IMG/VR virus record: IMGVR_UViG_3300048592_001391
Location: 1,513-65,512 of that record
Origin: a virus
Lineage: Duplodnaviria > Caudoviricetes
Length of the DNA: 64,000 nt
Reading direction: 5' to 3' (one strand)
Shown piece by piece: positions 9,594 to 18,919 of this stretch. Position 1 is the stretch's first letter. Each line of letters opens with the position of its first letter. Under the pieces are notes generated by a model that was given only the letters and a program-made list of their open reading frames with translations, had not been told where the DNA came from and did not search any database. The translations under genes were made by a program, and so were the position numbers.

Positions 9594-10006
9594 TCCAGCC
9601 ATCCTGTTTCTTTCGGCGCTGGCAGTTGGGGCACAGTCGCCGGTTCCTCGATCCATGGTTGTTGGGGCACAACCAGCGGCTTTCCCGCATTCCCGCCGCC
9701 CTTGCGCTTCAACTCTTTCTTTAATAGCCGCGTCTCTTTCAGTATGCGGGGTAGGGGGGTTGCCAGCAGCAGCACGAACGCGGCAATCGTCACCAGCCCC
9801 AAGAACGGCAAGAGGATGGAACTGCTACGGCCGTTCCGCTCACTTTCCCGAAAGCGCACAATGTCCTCCATCGGATCGGCCTTCGTCTGCTCCTCCACCA
9901 TCATCATGGTTGCCTTGTCAATGGTAGGGGATAGGTGTCCCATCGTCACGGAACACCCGCCAACAATCACCGCCAGCAGAGCAAGGAGAAGTAATACCTT
10001 ATCCAT
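9590..10006 (-). CDS. membrane protein (signal/lipobox-like N-terminus plus TM)
   Basis: MDKVLLLLALLAVIVGGC and second hydrophobic helix; TAATG coupling. Confidence 0.7.
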   Translation of the reverse strand: MDKVLLLLALLAVIVGGCSVTMGHLSPTIDKATMMMVEEQTKADPMEDIVRFRESERNGRSSSILLPFLGLVTIAAFVLLLATPLPRILKETRLLKKELKRKGGGNAGKPLVVPQQPWIEEPATVPQLPAPKETGWLE

Positions 10007-10476
10007 TACAGCCCCCGTTCCCGCAGCCAGCGGCCAATTTGCTCCCGGCTCCAACGGCCGTCAATCTCGCGGTCTAGGATTTCTTCGCACAGGTCGTAGT
10101 ATGCCTGGCGGCTCATGCCCACAGCGCGGGCTACCATGTCCTGTGCCTTCTCTGCATCCATGCCAGCGCGGAGCTTACGGCCGTACAGCCCGGCGTAGAT
10201 GGTCGCCATCGTACTGGCTTGCACCCGTTCGCGCTCCCAAGAGAAGGTGTGGTCGCCACTGGCATAGGCGTCTGTGGTGTGTTCGGGGTAGTAAAGCCGA
10301 CCAATCCGCACGGCCGTAGATAGTCTACGGTCTCCGGTCAGTCGTGCGCTTAGTCGCCATAGGTGGGCTGCTATTGTTGTGTACATCTTGCCTCCGTTAC
10401 GGCCGTAACGGCCGTTGGTGATGTACAGCACTTCAGATACTATTGTGCAGGCTGCTGACTGGTGCTGTTCAGTCAT
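10006..10476 (-). CDS. hypothetical protein
   Basis: ORF coupled to downstream gene; start uncertain. Confidence 0.55.
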   Translation of the reverse strand: MTEQHQSAACTIVSEVLYITNGRYGRNGGKMYTTIAAHLWRLSARLTGDRRLSTAVRIGRLYYPEHTTDAYASGDHTFSWERERVQASTMATIYAGLYGRKLRAGMDAEKAQDMVARAVGMSRQAYYDLCEEILDREIDGRWSREQIGRWLRERGL

Positions 10477-10482
10477 TGGCCT

Positions 10483-10513
10483 GGCCGTATGGTGCTTGCC
10501 TCACCATACGGCC
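10483..10513. repeat. 12-bp intergenic hairpin with GGCCGT arms
   Basis: GGCCGTATGGTG-cttgcct-CACCATACGGCC. Confidence 0.7.
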
Positions 10514-10516
10514 GTT

Positions 10517-10762
10517 TTATTTGGGGTGGGAGCCACCACGAACCGGATGGATGTCTCCGCTCGACGGGTAGCCTCTGGCCTCCAGATACTCAGCCAGCGC
10601 CTCCCGGACAATGACCGCTTGGGTGGGGGGGATTCCGTGTTCCTCATAGAAGCCGCTCATGAACTGCTCCAGTGCTGCACCCAATGCAGTGGGCAGCACG
10701 ATAATGGGCAGTCGCTTTGTTTGCACCCGTGTCATTTGGTCGGTCTGGCTGGCTGTATCCAT
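10517..10762 (-). CDS. ribbon-helix-helix (CopG/Arc-like) regulator
   Basis: TKRLPIIVLPTALGAALEQF...PTQAVIVREALAEYL. Confidence 0.65.
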   Translation of the reverse strand: MDTASQTDQMTRVQTKRLPIIVLPTALGAALEQFMSGFYEEHGIPPTQAVIVREALAEYLEARGYPSSGDIHPVRGGSHPK

Positions 10763-10768
10763 AAGCGG

Positions 10769-10798
10769 ACTATATCATAATATATCGTTTGGCGTCAA
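10769..10798 (-). promoter_or_regulatory. sigma70 promoter, probably leaderless, for the RHH-FtsK operon
   Basis: TTGACG-18-TATAGT with extended TG; ATG follows 6 nt after the -10; no SD. Confidence 0.65.
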
Positions 10799-11121
10799 TC
10801 CCACTGCGCCACCAATCCAACGCAAAAAGACCAGATAAGCCCGTATCTGACGGCCGTATCTGGCTGATGCGCCTTGCGATGTAAGGTGCGATGTTAGTCG
10901 GCGTCGCCGAACTGATTAGCCTGAACGCACACAGACAGGGCGAGTATCGCAGAAACAATGAGCCAGAGAGATAGTAGCAGCAACATAGTGGGAAATTATA
11001 GCAGAACTGAGCGCCGATCCAGACTGACAAACGTCCCAATCTCGCCGATTTTCCGCCAAATTATAGATACCAATACATGTTACTTATCGGTACTTATAAA
11101 AACAGGACTGAAACAACATGG

Positions 11122-11166
11122 AACAATAAAGCCTAGCCAGTGGTGGAGGTGTCCACTGGCTAGGCT
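11122..11166 (-). terminator. Intrinsic terminator of the late/lysis operon
   Basis: 14-bp stem AGCCTAGCCAGTGG/CCACTGGCTAGGCT followed by TTATTGTT on minus, 25 nt after the endolysin stop. Confidence 0.75.
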
Positions 11167-11190
11167 GAGGAAAGGGAATCGGTAGGCTAT

Positions 11191-13707
11191 TTATGGGTGC
11201 TGACGGAACTCAATCAGCGTCCCCGGATAATGCTCGGTGTACCATTCGCGGTACTCTTGCTGCTCCATCGCAGCAATGTTCCACAACACGGCCGTCTTGC
11301 TTGCCAGCGCCCCAATGCCAGCATCATCGAACGATGGCCCAACCGTCACCTGTGCGTCACTCGCCATCGAATAAATCTTCGCCCGCACATCGGCGGCAAT
11401 GTGCCCCCCTACTACCCAATAGACACGGCCGTACTGCACACGCGGCTTGCCCTCGGGGATGTCAATGGTCGGTGGGTCTACGGGTGGCTCAACAGGCGGA
11501 TCAATGGGCGGGGTGACTGCCGTGCTACTCAGCGACCAGCCATCCACAAACACGCCACTGTTTTGCAGGGCAAAGTTGCAGCGTATTTGCAAGCCCACAG
11601 TCACCGGCCCGCCCTCACTGCTAAAGGTGTAGGCAATCTCGTTCCAGCGCCCTGGCGTCAGGGGTAGCCATTCCGTGTACGCGCCGTTCAGCCGGAACCG
11701 GTATTGCCCGTCACGCTGTTGCGGATCATTGGCCCACACCTTCCCGGCCTCGCCATACGCCTTCACCAGGTCGCCAAACACAGGAGCCTCAAACCGGTAA
11801 GAGCCTCGCGCCAAATGCACCTGCTGGCTGAGTTCCCCCCACCATGCGCCGTTGCCCTTGAAGATTTTGACGCACTGACGGCCGTCACGGATGAAGACGC
11901 CCTGTTCTGCCGGGGGCAACTGCTCACGCGGAATCACGCGCACTTCTGGGCGCACGTAGCCCGACCAGGCATTGCTGTCGTAGGGGTTGGCGGTAGGCGG
12001 GGTTGTCTCAAAGCTGAATGTCCAACCCTCGGGAATCTGCAACTCCGGTATCCCGTCCGGGTGGTACCAGCCACCCTCAAAGCTGCCGTTCACCAGCTCA
12101 GTCGGTACGGCCGTATCCTCGCCAATGTAGCGCCGCAAATCATCGGCACTGCCATTGAAGTAGTTGAGGTCAATGCCGTTTGACTGCGCCCCATACACTG
12201 GCCCCGGCCCGGTAGATGTGTACTGCCAGAATACCCACGTGTCCCACCCGGCCGGTAGCACAGGCGGTGGTGTAGCGCGGTAATTGGCAATCCACAAGTC
12301 ATACTCTTTGGCCCACGGCAAGCTGCCGAACTGGTTCCACCACCATGCGCCTGTGTAGACGATTGGCTTACGGCCGCTCAACATCTCCACTTGCAGCAGG
12401 AAGGTGCGCACTTCTTCTGCGTTCGGCGTCCCCTGCGTATCCTCGATGTCTGCCACCAGCGGCAACTCACCAAACCCGCCAGAACGCACAGTCGAAACAA
12501 AGTGCTGCGCCTGATTCTCCGGGCTGAACCCGTTGCGGAAGAAGTGGTACGCGCCTCGCGGAATGCCCGCCTTTTGCGCCTCTGCCCAATTACGGCCGTA
12601 TTGTGGGTCTACCCAGCTTTGCCCCTCTGTCGCCTTAATGAAAGCGAACTGAGCGCCAGCGGTTTTTGCCTTCTGCCAATCCATCACCCCTTGCCAGCGC
12701 GATACGTCAATGCCGCGCACGTTGCTGGCGGGTGGTTGCGGTGGTTCTGGGGGACGCGGTGCAGGGGTAGGCGTGGTACGCACGTACTCGCCCAACCGCC
12801 GCAAGATGCTCTCGTTAATCTCGAAGTAGCGCCACTGGCTTCCCCCACCAGAGGTAAACAGCACGGCGCCCAACAGCCGCCCTTCCCGCGCCGCTCGTGT
12901 GGCGGCAAGCAGTTCGTCCATGTCGGCGATGTCATCCAAGTAGGCGGTCTCGTCGCCGTTCCAGGCGGAGTTGTGCTTCCACCCGTCCAACGGCCGTGGG
13001 TTGTACCCGTCTGCCCCTGCCCCACAACATCCACTTTCACCCAACATCCAGTTTACACGGATGCCCCGCGTCACCAGGTAGTTGTCCACTTCCACCCAAC
13101 GCATATGCAAATCGCGCATATGAGGCGGGGAGTTGACGAACGATTGGCGCTGATGCACCGACCAGTAGCCATGATAGCCGAATGCGCCACCGGCAACGGC
13201 CGTTTCTCGCGCCAAATCCACCAGTGCCCCATACTCATTGTGATCCGGGTTGCCGACTGCGGCCGTAAACACCACCGGGCGCACACCGGGGCAGTGCAGT
13301 TTCAACCGCCGCACGAAGGCGCGGTCGAACTCCACAATCGCCCGCAGCTTGGTTGGGTTGCGTGTGGGGTACTCTTCGTTCAGGGATTCGACAAAGAGAC
13401 GGCCGTTGTCCACCGTGCCCATGTGCGTGTTGACGCTATCCTTAAACATGGCAATGTACTCATCTGCCGCCTGATTGCCCAACGCATGGGACTGCGCGGC
13501 CATGTCAATCCATCGCCCCTGATTGTGTTGATCCGCCCAAAAGCGGTAGATAAAGAAGATGCCCGGCGATGCGCTGTTGGCGTGGTGGTAATCCTCCGGG
13601 TGAAAGCTCTTGATTAGCCGGAACGGGGAGCCAGCAGCCTGCGCCAATCGCAACTGCTCATCCCACCCACGTACCGGGTCTTGCATGTGCAAGCCTATGT
13701 AGCTCAT
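11191..13707 (-). CDS. multidomain endolysin (central GH25 muramidase)
   Basis: GIDVSRWQG, FAFIKATEG, GAYHFF, LVADIE, FWQYTS, IDLNYF; N-terminal TIM-barrel-like region, CBM-like region, Pro-rich linkers. Confidence 0.9.
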   Translation of the reverse strand: MSYIGLHMQDPVRGWDEQLRLAQAAGSPFRLIKSFHPEDYHHANSASPGIFFIYRFWADQHNQGRWIDMAAQSHALGNQAADEYIAMFKDSVNTHMGTVDNGRLFVESLNEEYPTRNPTKLRAIVEFDRAFVRRLKLHCPGVRPVVFTAAVGNPDHNEYGALVDLARETAVAGGAFGYHGYWSVHQRQSFVNSPPHMRDLHMRWVEVDNYLVTRGIRVNWMLGESGCCGAGADGYNPRPLDGWKHNSAWNGDETAYLDDIADMDELLAATRAAREGRLLGAVLFTSGGGSQWRYFEINESILRRLGEYVRTTPTPAPRPPEPPQPPASNVRGIDVSRWQGVMDWQKAKTAGAQFAFIKATEGQSWVDPQYGRNWAEAQKAGIPRGAYHFFRNGFSPENQAQHFVSTVRSGGFGELPLVADIEDTQGTPNAEEVRTFLLQVEMLSGRKPIVYTGAWWWNQFGSLPWAKEYDLWIANYRATPPPVLPAGWDTWVFWQYTSTGPGPVYGAQSNGIDLNYFNGSADDLRRYIGEDTAVPTELVNGSFEGGWYHPDGIPELQIPEGWTFSFETTPPTANPYDSNAWSGYVRPEVRVIPREQLPPAEQGVFIRDGRQCVKIFKGNGAWWGELSQQVHLARGSYRFEAPVFGDLVKAYGEAGKVWANDPQQRDGQYRFRLNGAYTEWLPLTPGRWNEIAYTFSSEGGPVTVGLQIRCNFALQNSGVFVDGWSLSSTAVTPPIDPPVEPPVDPPTIDIPEGKPRVQYGRVYWVVGGHIAADVRAKIYSMASDAQVTVGPSFDDAGIGALASKTAVLWNIAAMEQQEYREWYTEHYPGTLIEFRQHP

Positions 13708-14099
13708 TATGCACCGTCTCCTTCCGGCTCCGATTCAGGCGCAGGCGCTACGGCCGTCTCCTTGCGTATGGCGTTCAACACGCCCTCGATTATCGTATCG
13801 GCGTCCATCGGGGTGATGGGGATGTTCATCCGCGCGGCCCACTGCACAAGCTGCTGCACTGCATCCAGCTTCACCTGCTCATTGCTATAGCCCAACGTGC
13901 GGCGGTACTGGTCGCCTGCCCGTACAATCATGACGGCCGTCTCGGTTAGCAGCGTCCAATTCTTCTGACCTAGCTCCGCCGCCGCCTTGCCCTGCAACTG
14001 CACCAGATACCCGCGCAATGCCTGGGCCACAACAGCCACAACCAGCGGGATCAACAGCAGTAGGCCATTAACCAACACTTCATTCACTTGCTCACTCAT
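13707..14099 (-). CDS. holin, LL-H family-like
   Basis: N-terminal TM, AVMIVRAGDQ, KLDAVQQL, DTIIEGVLNAI; adjacent to endolysin. Confidence 0.75.
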   Translation of the reverse strand: MSEQVNEVLVNGLLLLIPLVVAVVAQALRGYLVQLQGKAAAELGQKNWTLLTETAVMIVRAGDQYRRTLGYSNEQVKLDAVQQLVQWAARMNIPITPMDADTIIEGVLNAIRKETAVAPAPESEPEGDGA

Positions 14100-15417
14100 C
14101 GCAATCCTCCATATTCACATTGGCGCTATACTGCGCCACTAGCCCTTGTGTTCTATGCCACAGGTACGCCTCAGCGGCGCGTACCCCACCGTCATACCCG
14201 TTGTCACTGTGCCACCTGTCCGCCGCCGAAAGGCTGGGCAACACGCGCACCCGTACCCCATTGGCTTCGTCGGTCGCCAGAAAAGAGAACTCTCGCTTGC
14301 GGTGGAAGTGCCCAATGTGCCACTCCCGATACTGCGTAGCTGCCCAATCCTCCGGCCGTTCTGTTGCCATTTTTAGCGGCATGTTGCCCGGCTTCATCTG
14401 GTCTCCGTGGGCAAAGCCAATCAGGTTACGGCCGTATCGGTAATACTTGCGGCTTAGGGGACTGTTATCCACCGTCACCGTGTCGCAGTTGGCGTACCAA
14501 TCTTCCAATGCCTCGCCCAAGAAGTAGGTTGTCTGCCGGTCATGATTGCCCGGCATCACCACCACATGCACCGGCGCAACGGCCGTCAATCGGTCAATCG
14601 TCTGGCGCATCATCTGGCGCACAAGCCGGAAGTGCTGACGATGTGTGCCGTGCATGTCTTGGGGCGTACCCTTCGTGGTGGTGTGGAAGATGTTGTCGGC
14701 GTTGAACAGGTCATTGCCCATCACGAACAGGACTTGCTCCACTGCCTCATGCCTGGCTCTGCTGAGTAAGGTGTCTATGGCCCACTCATACAGCCGTCGC
14801 GCTTCGGTCATGTCGTAAAACTCGCCTGTCTCTTCGTCCCATGCCCACTTGCCAAAGTGCAGATCGGGCACATTCAGTTCCAGCAGGTGCGCGTCTTGGG
14901 TGGTTACGGCCGTCTTGGGTGGCTTTGCAATGGTGTAACGGGGGGCAAACTGGCGCATCTCATGGCGTAAATCCTCAATCAGGTTGGTGGCTCGCGCTTC
15001 GATATTGGGGATGAGGATCGCCTTCACCTGAAACAGCGGCGTCACCTGAATGTCGCCGTCTATGTTTGCCCCCTGCTCCCACACATTCACCGTGTAGCTC
15101 TTCACCTGCCACACCCGCAAATCCACCTGCGCCGCCTCTAGTAGCTGCTCCAGTGTCCGAATACGGGTAGATGTGCTGGTTGCTACGGCCGTATCCCCCT
15201 CCTCGGTAAACTCTACCTTGTGGCGGGGGGTTGGTTCTTGGTTCGGTTGCGGAGGCGCTTCGCTTCGGGCGGCGTTGGCCTCTTTCAGTCGGCGGTAGTC
15301 CGAAAGCCGCCCCCTTAACGAGGAGAACGGCACACCGGGAAACTCTGCTTGTATCTCATCCCAACTCTTGCCCTCAACCACACGAAGTTGGTAGAGCTTT
15401 TCTTTGTTGATGGCGAT
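14092..15417 (-). CDS. calcineurin-like metallophosphoesterase with N-terminal HTH
   Basis: PDLHFG, GNDLFNAD, PGNHD, FAHGD, GHFH; probable ATC start at 15417 (track start 15381). Confidence 0.85.
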   Translation of the reverse strand: MAINKEKLYQLRVVEGKSWDEIQAEFPGVPFSSLRGRLSDYRRLKEANAARSEAPPQPNQEPTPRHKVEFTEEGDTAVATSTSTRIRTLEQLLEAAQVDLRVWQVKSYTVNVWEQGANIDGDIQVTPLFQVKAILIPNIEARATNLIEDLRHEMRQFAPRYTIAKPPKTAVTTQDAHLLELNVPDLHFGKWAWDEETGEFYDMTEARRLYEWAIDTLLSRARHEAVEQVLFVMGNDLFNADNIFHTTTKGTPQDMHGTHRQHFRLVRQMMRQTIDRLTAVAPVHVVVMPGNHDRQTTYFLGEALEDWYANCDTVTVDNSPLSRKYYRYGRNLIGFAHGDQMKPGNMPLKMATERPEDWAATQYREWHIGHFHRKREFSFLATDEANGVRVRVLPSLSAADRWHSDNGYDGGVRAAEAYLWHRTQGLVAQYSANVNMEDCDE

Positions 15418-15433
15418 ACGCCACCTCCTTGCC

Positions 15434-15775
15434 TTACGGCACAGGGATACCGGCCAAATGGAACAGCAACGGCCGTGCTACAGAATCCACCGCCAAAACC
15501 AGCACCATGATGAACAGCAGGGTCGGGATGGTCTTGGGGTTGTTCTTGATCAACCACAAGACCGACGGGCTTTCGTGGCCTACCCGCTCCAGCGCCTTGA
15601 TGCGCTGATCCAACTCATTGACTGTTCGCGCCAACCCGGATGCGGTGTCATTGATCTGGCGTACCTCCTTGAGCGTTTCCGTGATTGCCGCCAATATCAG
15701 GCGGTCGGTCACGTCGCTCGGCACAGTGCCAGATTGGAGTAGTTGTTGCAGTTCGTCGTACACGCCATTGCTCAT
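15434..15775 (-). CDS. coiled-coil plus C-terminal TM protein (lysis-region)
   Basis: Heptad segment followed by TLLFIMVLVLAV. Confidence 0.65.
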   Translation of the reverse strand: MSNGVYDELQQLLQSGTVPSDVTDRLILAAITETLKEVRQINDTASGLARTVNELDQRIKALERVGHESPSVLWLIKNNPKTIPTLLFIMVLVLAVDSVARPLLFHLAGIPVP

Positions 15776-15787
15776 GCGTGGCTCCCC

Positions 15788-16159
15788 CTATTTCTCTGCG
15801 TATGGGATGAAGATGAATACGGCCGTACCCGTGGGCGGCGGTGTGCCTGTTGGCTCTTTGGTCGGCGGTGGTGTCATCGAAGGCCAGAATGTCGTCGGCG
15901 GTATGTCACTGGTCGCCGTCTCGGTCGGCTGCTTTGTGGGCGGCGGCGTCATACTCGGCCAAAAGGTTGTCGGGGGTATCTCACTCGTAGCTGTCTCGGT
16001 GGACTGCTTGGTAGGCGGCGGCGTCATCGAAGGCCAAAAGGTGGTAGGCGGAATGTCCTCCCCCGCCAGCGCATCACCCATACTGCCAAAGGTCAGCAGT
16101 ACGGCCGTAATCAGCAGCACCCCAAAGAACAAAATCCCAATGCGTATCTTGGTACTCAT
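15788..16159 (-). CDS. secreted Pro/Thr-rich repeat protein with Chloroflexota-type C-terminal motif
   Basis: Signal peptide MSTKIRIGILFFGVLLITAVLL, 3 x 25-aa repeats (75-bp period), ends IFIPYAEK. Confidence 0.7.
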   Translation of the reverse strand: MSTKIRIGILFFGVLLITAVLLTFGSMGDALAGEDIPPTTFWPSMTPPPTKQSTETATSEIPPTTFWPSMTPPPTKQPTETATSDIPPTTFWPSMTPPPTKEPTGTPPPTGTAVFIFIPYAEK

Positions 16160-16250
16160 GCCAATTCCTTCCCGTATCTTCACATATTGGAACAATACGG
16201 AACAATAACGATTCTAAAAAACAGGGCCATTGCTGACCCTGCCTCTACCA

Positions 16251-16559
16251 TTAACTCGCGGCGGCAAACTGCGATTCGCGCACCGTGAAGAATGTCTCAT
16301 CGGCTACGCTGGCTGCACCTGCATCACCCTCCCACCGATAATACCATATTCCGGCCGTATCTGGTGTAAGATCAACGTGATAGTTCCCGGCGCTGTCCCG
16401 CACTACCTCAGCATCTGTGCCGTAGGTGTAGCTGGTCTCAGCCACACTCGCCGTCTTGTATCGGAAGATCACCACGTCCGGGTCTACGGCCGTCCCATCC
16501 TCATCCGTAAATGCGTAGGCGCATCGCACGGTGTCGCCAATATCGTAGGTATTTGCCAT
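16251..16559 (-). CDS. virion structural protein, Ig-like beta sandwich
   Basis: MANTYDIGDTVR...GNYHVDLTPDTAGIWYYRWEG; TAATG coupling. Confidence 0.65.
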   Translation of the reverse strand: MANTYDIGDTVRCAYAFTDEDGTAVDPDVVIFRYKTASVAETSYTYGTDAEVVRDSAGNYHVDLTPDTAGIWYYRWEGDAGAASVADETFFTVRESQFAAAS

Positions 16560-16735
16560 TAGCAATCTCCATCGCCAGTTTCGCTGGCTGTGCCGGTTAT
16601 TACGGCCGTGTCGGTCATTGCCCCGGTCAGTACGGCCGTGTCGCTGGGGCAACCAAACAGCATGAGTGGTGTTCGCTGGTCGCGCCAAAACCGCGCCAGC
16701 CAGAACCGCGCCGAGAAGAATCCGCTCTTAAACAT
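16559..16735 (-). CDS. small 58-aa protein (not in ORF track)
   Basis: MFKSGFFSARFWLARFWRDQ...GDGDC; fills the gap with overlaps at both ends. Confidence 0.55.
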   Translation of the reverse strand: MFKSGFFSARFWLARFWRDQRTPLMLFGCPSDTAVLTGAMTDTAVITGTASETGDGDC

Positions 16736-18140
16736 TGTGCGTTACGGCCGTGCGGTTGCCGCTCCCATCTACAGTCGCCGTAATCCGGTCTGCACTGTCG
16801 TCCATGCTGCGGATGGTGTTCGTCACCGTCGCCGCCCCACTGAGCTTGCCAGCTACGGCCGCGCCAATGAGTTGCAATGTCTGTTGCAGCGTGTAGCCCG
16901 TCTCAATGGTCAGCGCCGCGACAGCATCGGCAATGTCAGCAGGTACGGCAATGTTGTCTACGGCCGTGTCTAGTGCCGCGCCGGTGGTTCCGGCCGTCAG
17001 ATGGTCGGCTAGGGCTTCGTCCCACACCGCGTCGGCAATTGGCGCGGTAATGTTCGTGGCGGCGCTCAGGGTTCGGGTGACGGCCGTCCAGATGGCATTA
17101 GCAATCTGGGCAATGGTGTCGGTGTCAACCTCACCGTCCAAGTCAATCGTAAAGCCGGTTCCTGTGGTAGAGACCTCGATACCCTTGCCCGTGGCGTGGG
17201 CATTGGTGATGGACACGGCGGGATCGCTCGAATTAACGTCAATGTCTACACGGCCGTTGATGTCAACGGCTGGCTGACTGCTAAATGCCGGGATTACCTG
17301 AATCCCCGCATTATTTCCGATTATCTGAATCCCATATCCGCCAGACAGCTTTAGCGCAGCCGCGGAATCGTCATTTAGGAGCTGAACGGCTGGGCCTCGA
17401 TAAGTCTCTACTGACAACCCTATGCCAGTTGCGGAAGGGTTCAGGATATAGGCGGCTGGTGCAAGCCCATCATTTTCGATATGCAGCGCTGCATCTGTAC
17501 CAGAATTATTATGCACCACCAGCCGCCCCAAGCTCAGCGTCCCCCCGCCTGTGCCGTCCAGCATGGTCTCCAGATTGTCGGCGGCGGCGGCATCACCAGA
17601 GACTGCCCCCACATTGGAATCAATCCTGCCACCAACCAGCGCCGCAGGTATCCGGCTCTGGATGTCCTGAGTGTCGGCTTCTATGGCACTAGCGGTGGTC
17701 TGGCTGGCTCTGGCATCAAGGATAAGGTCGAGCCGCCCCCCATCTGTCCAATCGGTTTGCAATTCGGCCGTGTCCAACACAATGGTATCCACCACCCCAT
17801 CTACCGTTGCAATATCCGCCGCTATGCTTGCGCCCGCTGGTGCCCCCAACCGTGCGAACCCATCACCAGTTTGGGGGAATGTGGTGTAAACCTGAACCGT
17901 TTGGGTAATGGCACTGGAATTTGTGAAGGTGAATGCAATGTGATCATAGTTGGTTTCGGCTTGGGTGGGTACATAGCTCCAACACCCTTGCCCTTCGTGT
18001 GTGACAGTCCCGCTTCCGCTTGCTTGCGTGCCCCCATCCCCTAGCACGTAGACTGTGGTTGTCCCTGACGTGACCGCAGTCCCGTCAGCTAGTGCGTTCA
18101 GTTGTGCGACTATCACCTGTCCTGACGTGTTCTTTTTCAT
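16728..18140 (-). CDS. tail fibre/virion structural protein
   Basis: Ala/Thr/Gly-rich, beta-repeat core, IADAVWDE motif, in tail operon. Confidence 0.7.
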   Translation of the reverse strand: MKKNTSGQVIVAQLNALADGTAVTSGTTTVYVLGDGGTQASGSGTVTHEGQGCWSYVPTQAETNYDHIAFTFTNSSAITQTVQVYTTFPQTGDGFARLGAPAGASIAADIATVDGVVDTIVLDTAELQTDWTDGGRLDLILDARASQTTASAIEADTQDIQSRIPAALVGGRIDSNVGAVSGDAAAADNLETMLDGTGGGTLSLGRLVVHNNSGTDAALHIENDGLAPAAYILNPSATGIGLSVETYRGPAVQLLNDDSAAALKLSGGYGIQIIGNNAGIQVIPAFSSQPAVDINGRVDIDVNSSDPAVSITNAHATGKGIEVSTTGTGFTIDLDGEVDTDTIAQIANAIWTAVTRTLSAATNITAPIADAVWDEALADHLTAGTTGAALDTAVDNIAVPADIADAVAALTIETGYTLQQTLQLIGAAVAGKLSGAATVTNTIRSMDDSADRITATVDGSGNRTAVTHNV

Positions 18141-18868
18141 TAGTCAACTCCTACTAAAACCGTGCTCTTGCTTGCCCAGAAAGGAGAGAACCCCCCCGTG
18201 GCAATTCCGGCCGCGTAAAGCGCCGCCACCTGCGCCGCAGACAGCGCATAATCGAATAATGCTGGCTCGTCCAGGATTCCGGGAAACTGGTTCGCGCCCC
18301 CATTGTTGTAGGCCATGAATGTGCAACGGACTGAGGAACTGCTGCCGGTGGCTGCGGGCAGAGCTATCGAGGAAATCTGCGCCCCGTCCCGGTAATAACG
18401 AAATTGGCTGGTAGCCGTGTCCCAGGTGACCACAACGAATCCGCTCGTCCATTCTGTGCCCCCAAAGTATTTGTTGACCACCCCGTTCGCATTTGCGAAT
18501 TGAATCGTCAAAAACCCCGTGCTGCTGCCCTTTCGCACATGAACGGTGTTGTCGCCCCCCGCATCTCCAAGAAACCACAGATACCGTGTGCCGGTACCGG
18601 AAAATGAAACGCTGCTTACCCAAAACGCGACACTCCCATGGTTCATGATATTGGCCGTGTCCGCCGCCGTGATTAAGGATTCGGGAGCGTAAAATGTGGC
18701 CCCGGGCGAGAGAACACTGAGTTGGTCACTGCCCTGTACCCCCCCCGAAACAAACGTCCCGCCGACATTTACCCCTGTGTGCCCGTTCCCGCTTTCGTCG
18801 TCTAAACTGCTATCAAGCCGCCAATACGCCAGGGGAGACAGCGCCAATACATCGCTTTCGTAACTCAT
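18140..18868 (-). CDS. LamG/concanavalin-A-like domain protein (putative receptor binding)
   Basis: PLAYWRLD, DESGNGHTG, VVVTWD, YRDGAQ, LDEPALFDYALSAAQVAALY. Confidence 0.8.
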   Translation of the reverse strand: MSYESDVLALSPLAYWRLDSSLDDESGNGHTGVNVGGTFVSGGVQGSDQLSVLSPGATFYAPESLITAADTANIMNHGSVAFWVSSVSFSGTGTRYLWFLGDAGGDNTVHVRKGSSTGFLTIQFANANGVVNKYFGGTEWTSGFVVVTWDTATSQFRYYRDGAQISSIALPAATGSSSSVRCTFMAYNNGGANQFPGILDEPALFDYALSAAQVAALYAAGIATGGFSPFWASKSTVLVGVD

Positions 18869-18919
18869 TGCCTCATCCTCTCTATAATTGCCACTTTCCT
18901 TGCTCCTTGCCCAATGGGC

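Noticed and set aside
10800-11120. ORFs 10770..11039 and 10958..11185, or a tRNA/att site in this intergenic gap
   Set aside because: No SD or protein-like composition, no cloverleaf, and no matching repeat recognised
15840-16060. 75-bp periodic repeats as a CRISPR array or DGR template/variable repeats
   Set aside because: In-frame coding repeats with mostly synonymous differences; no cas or reverse transcriptase gene in the window
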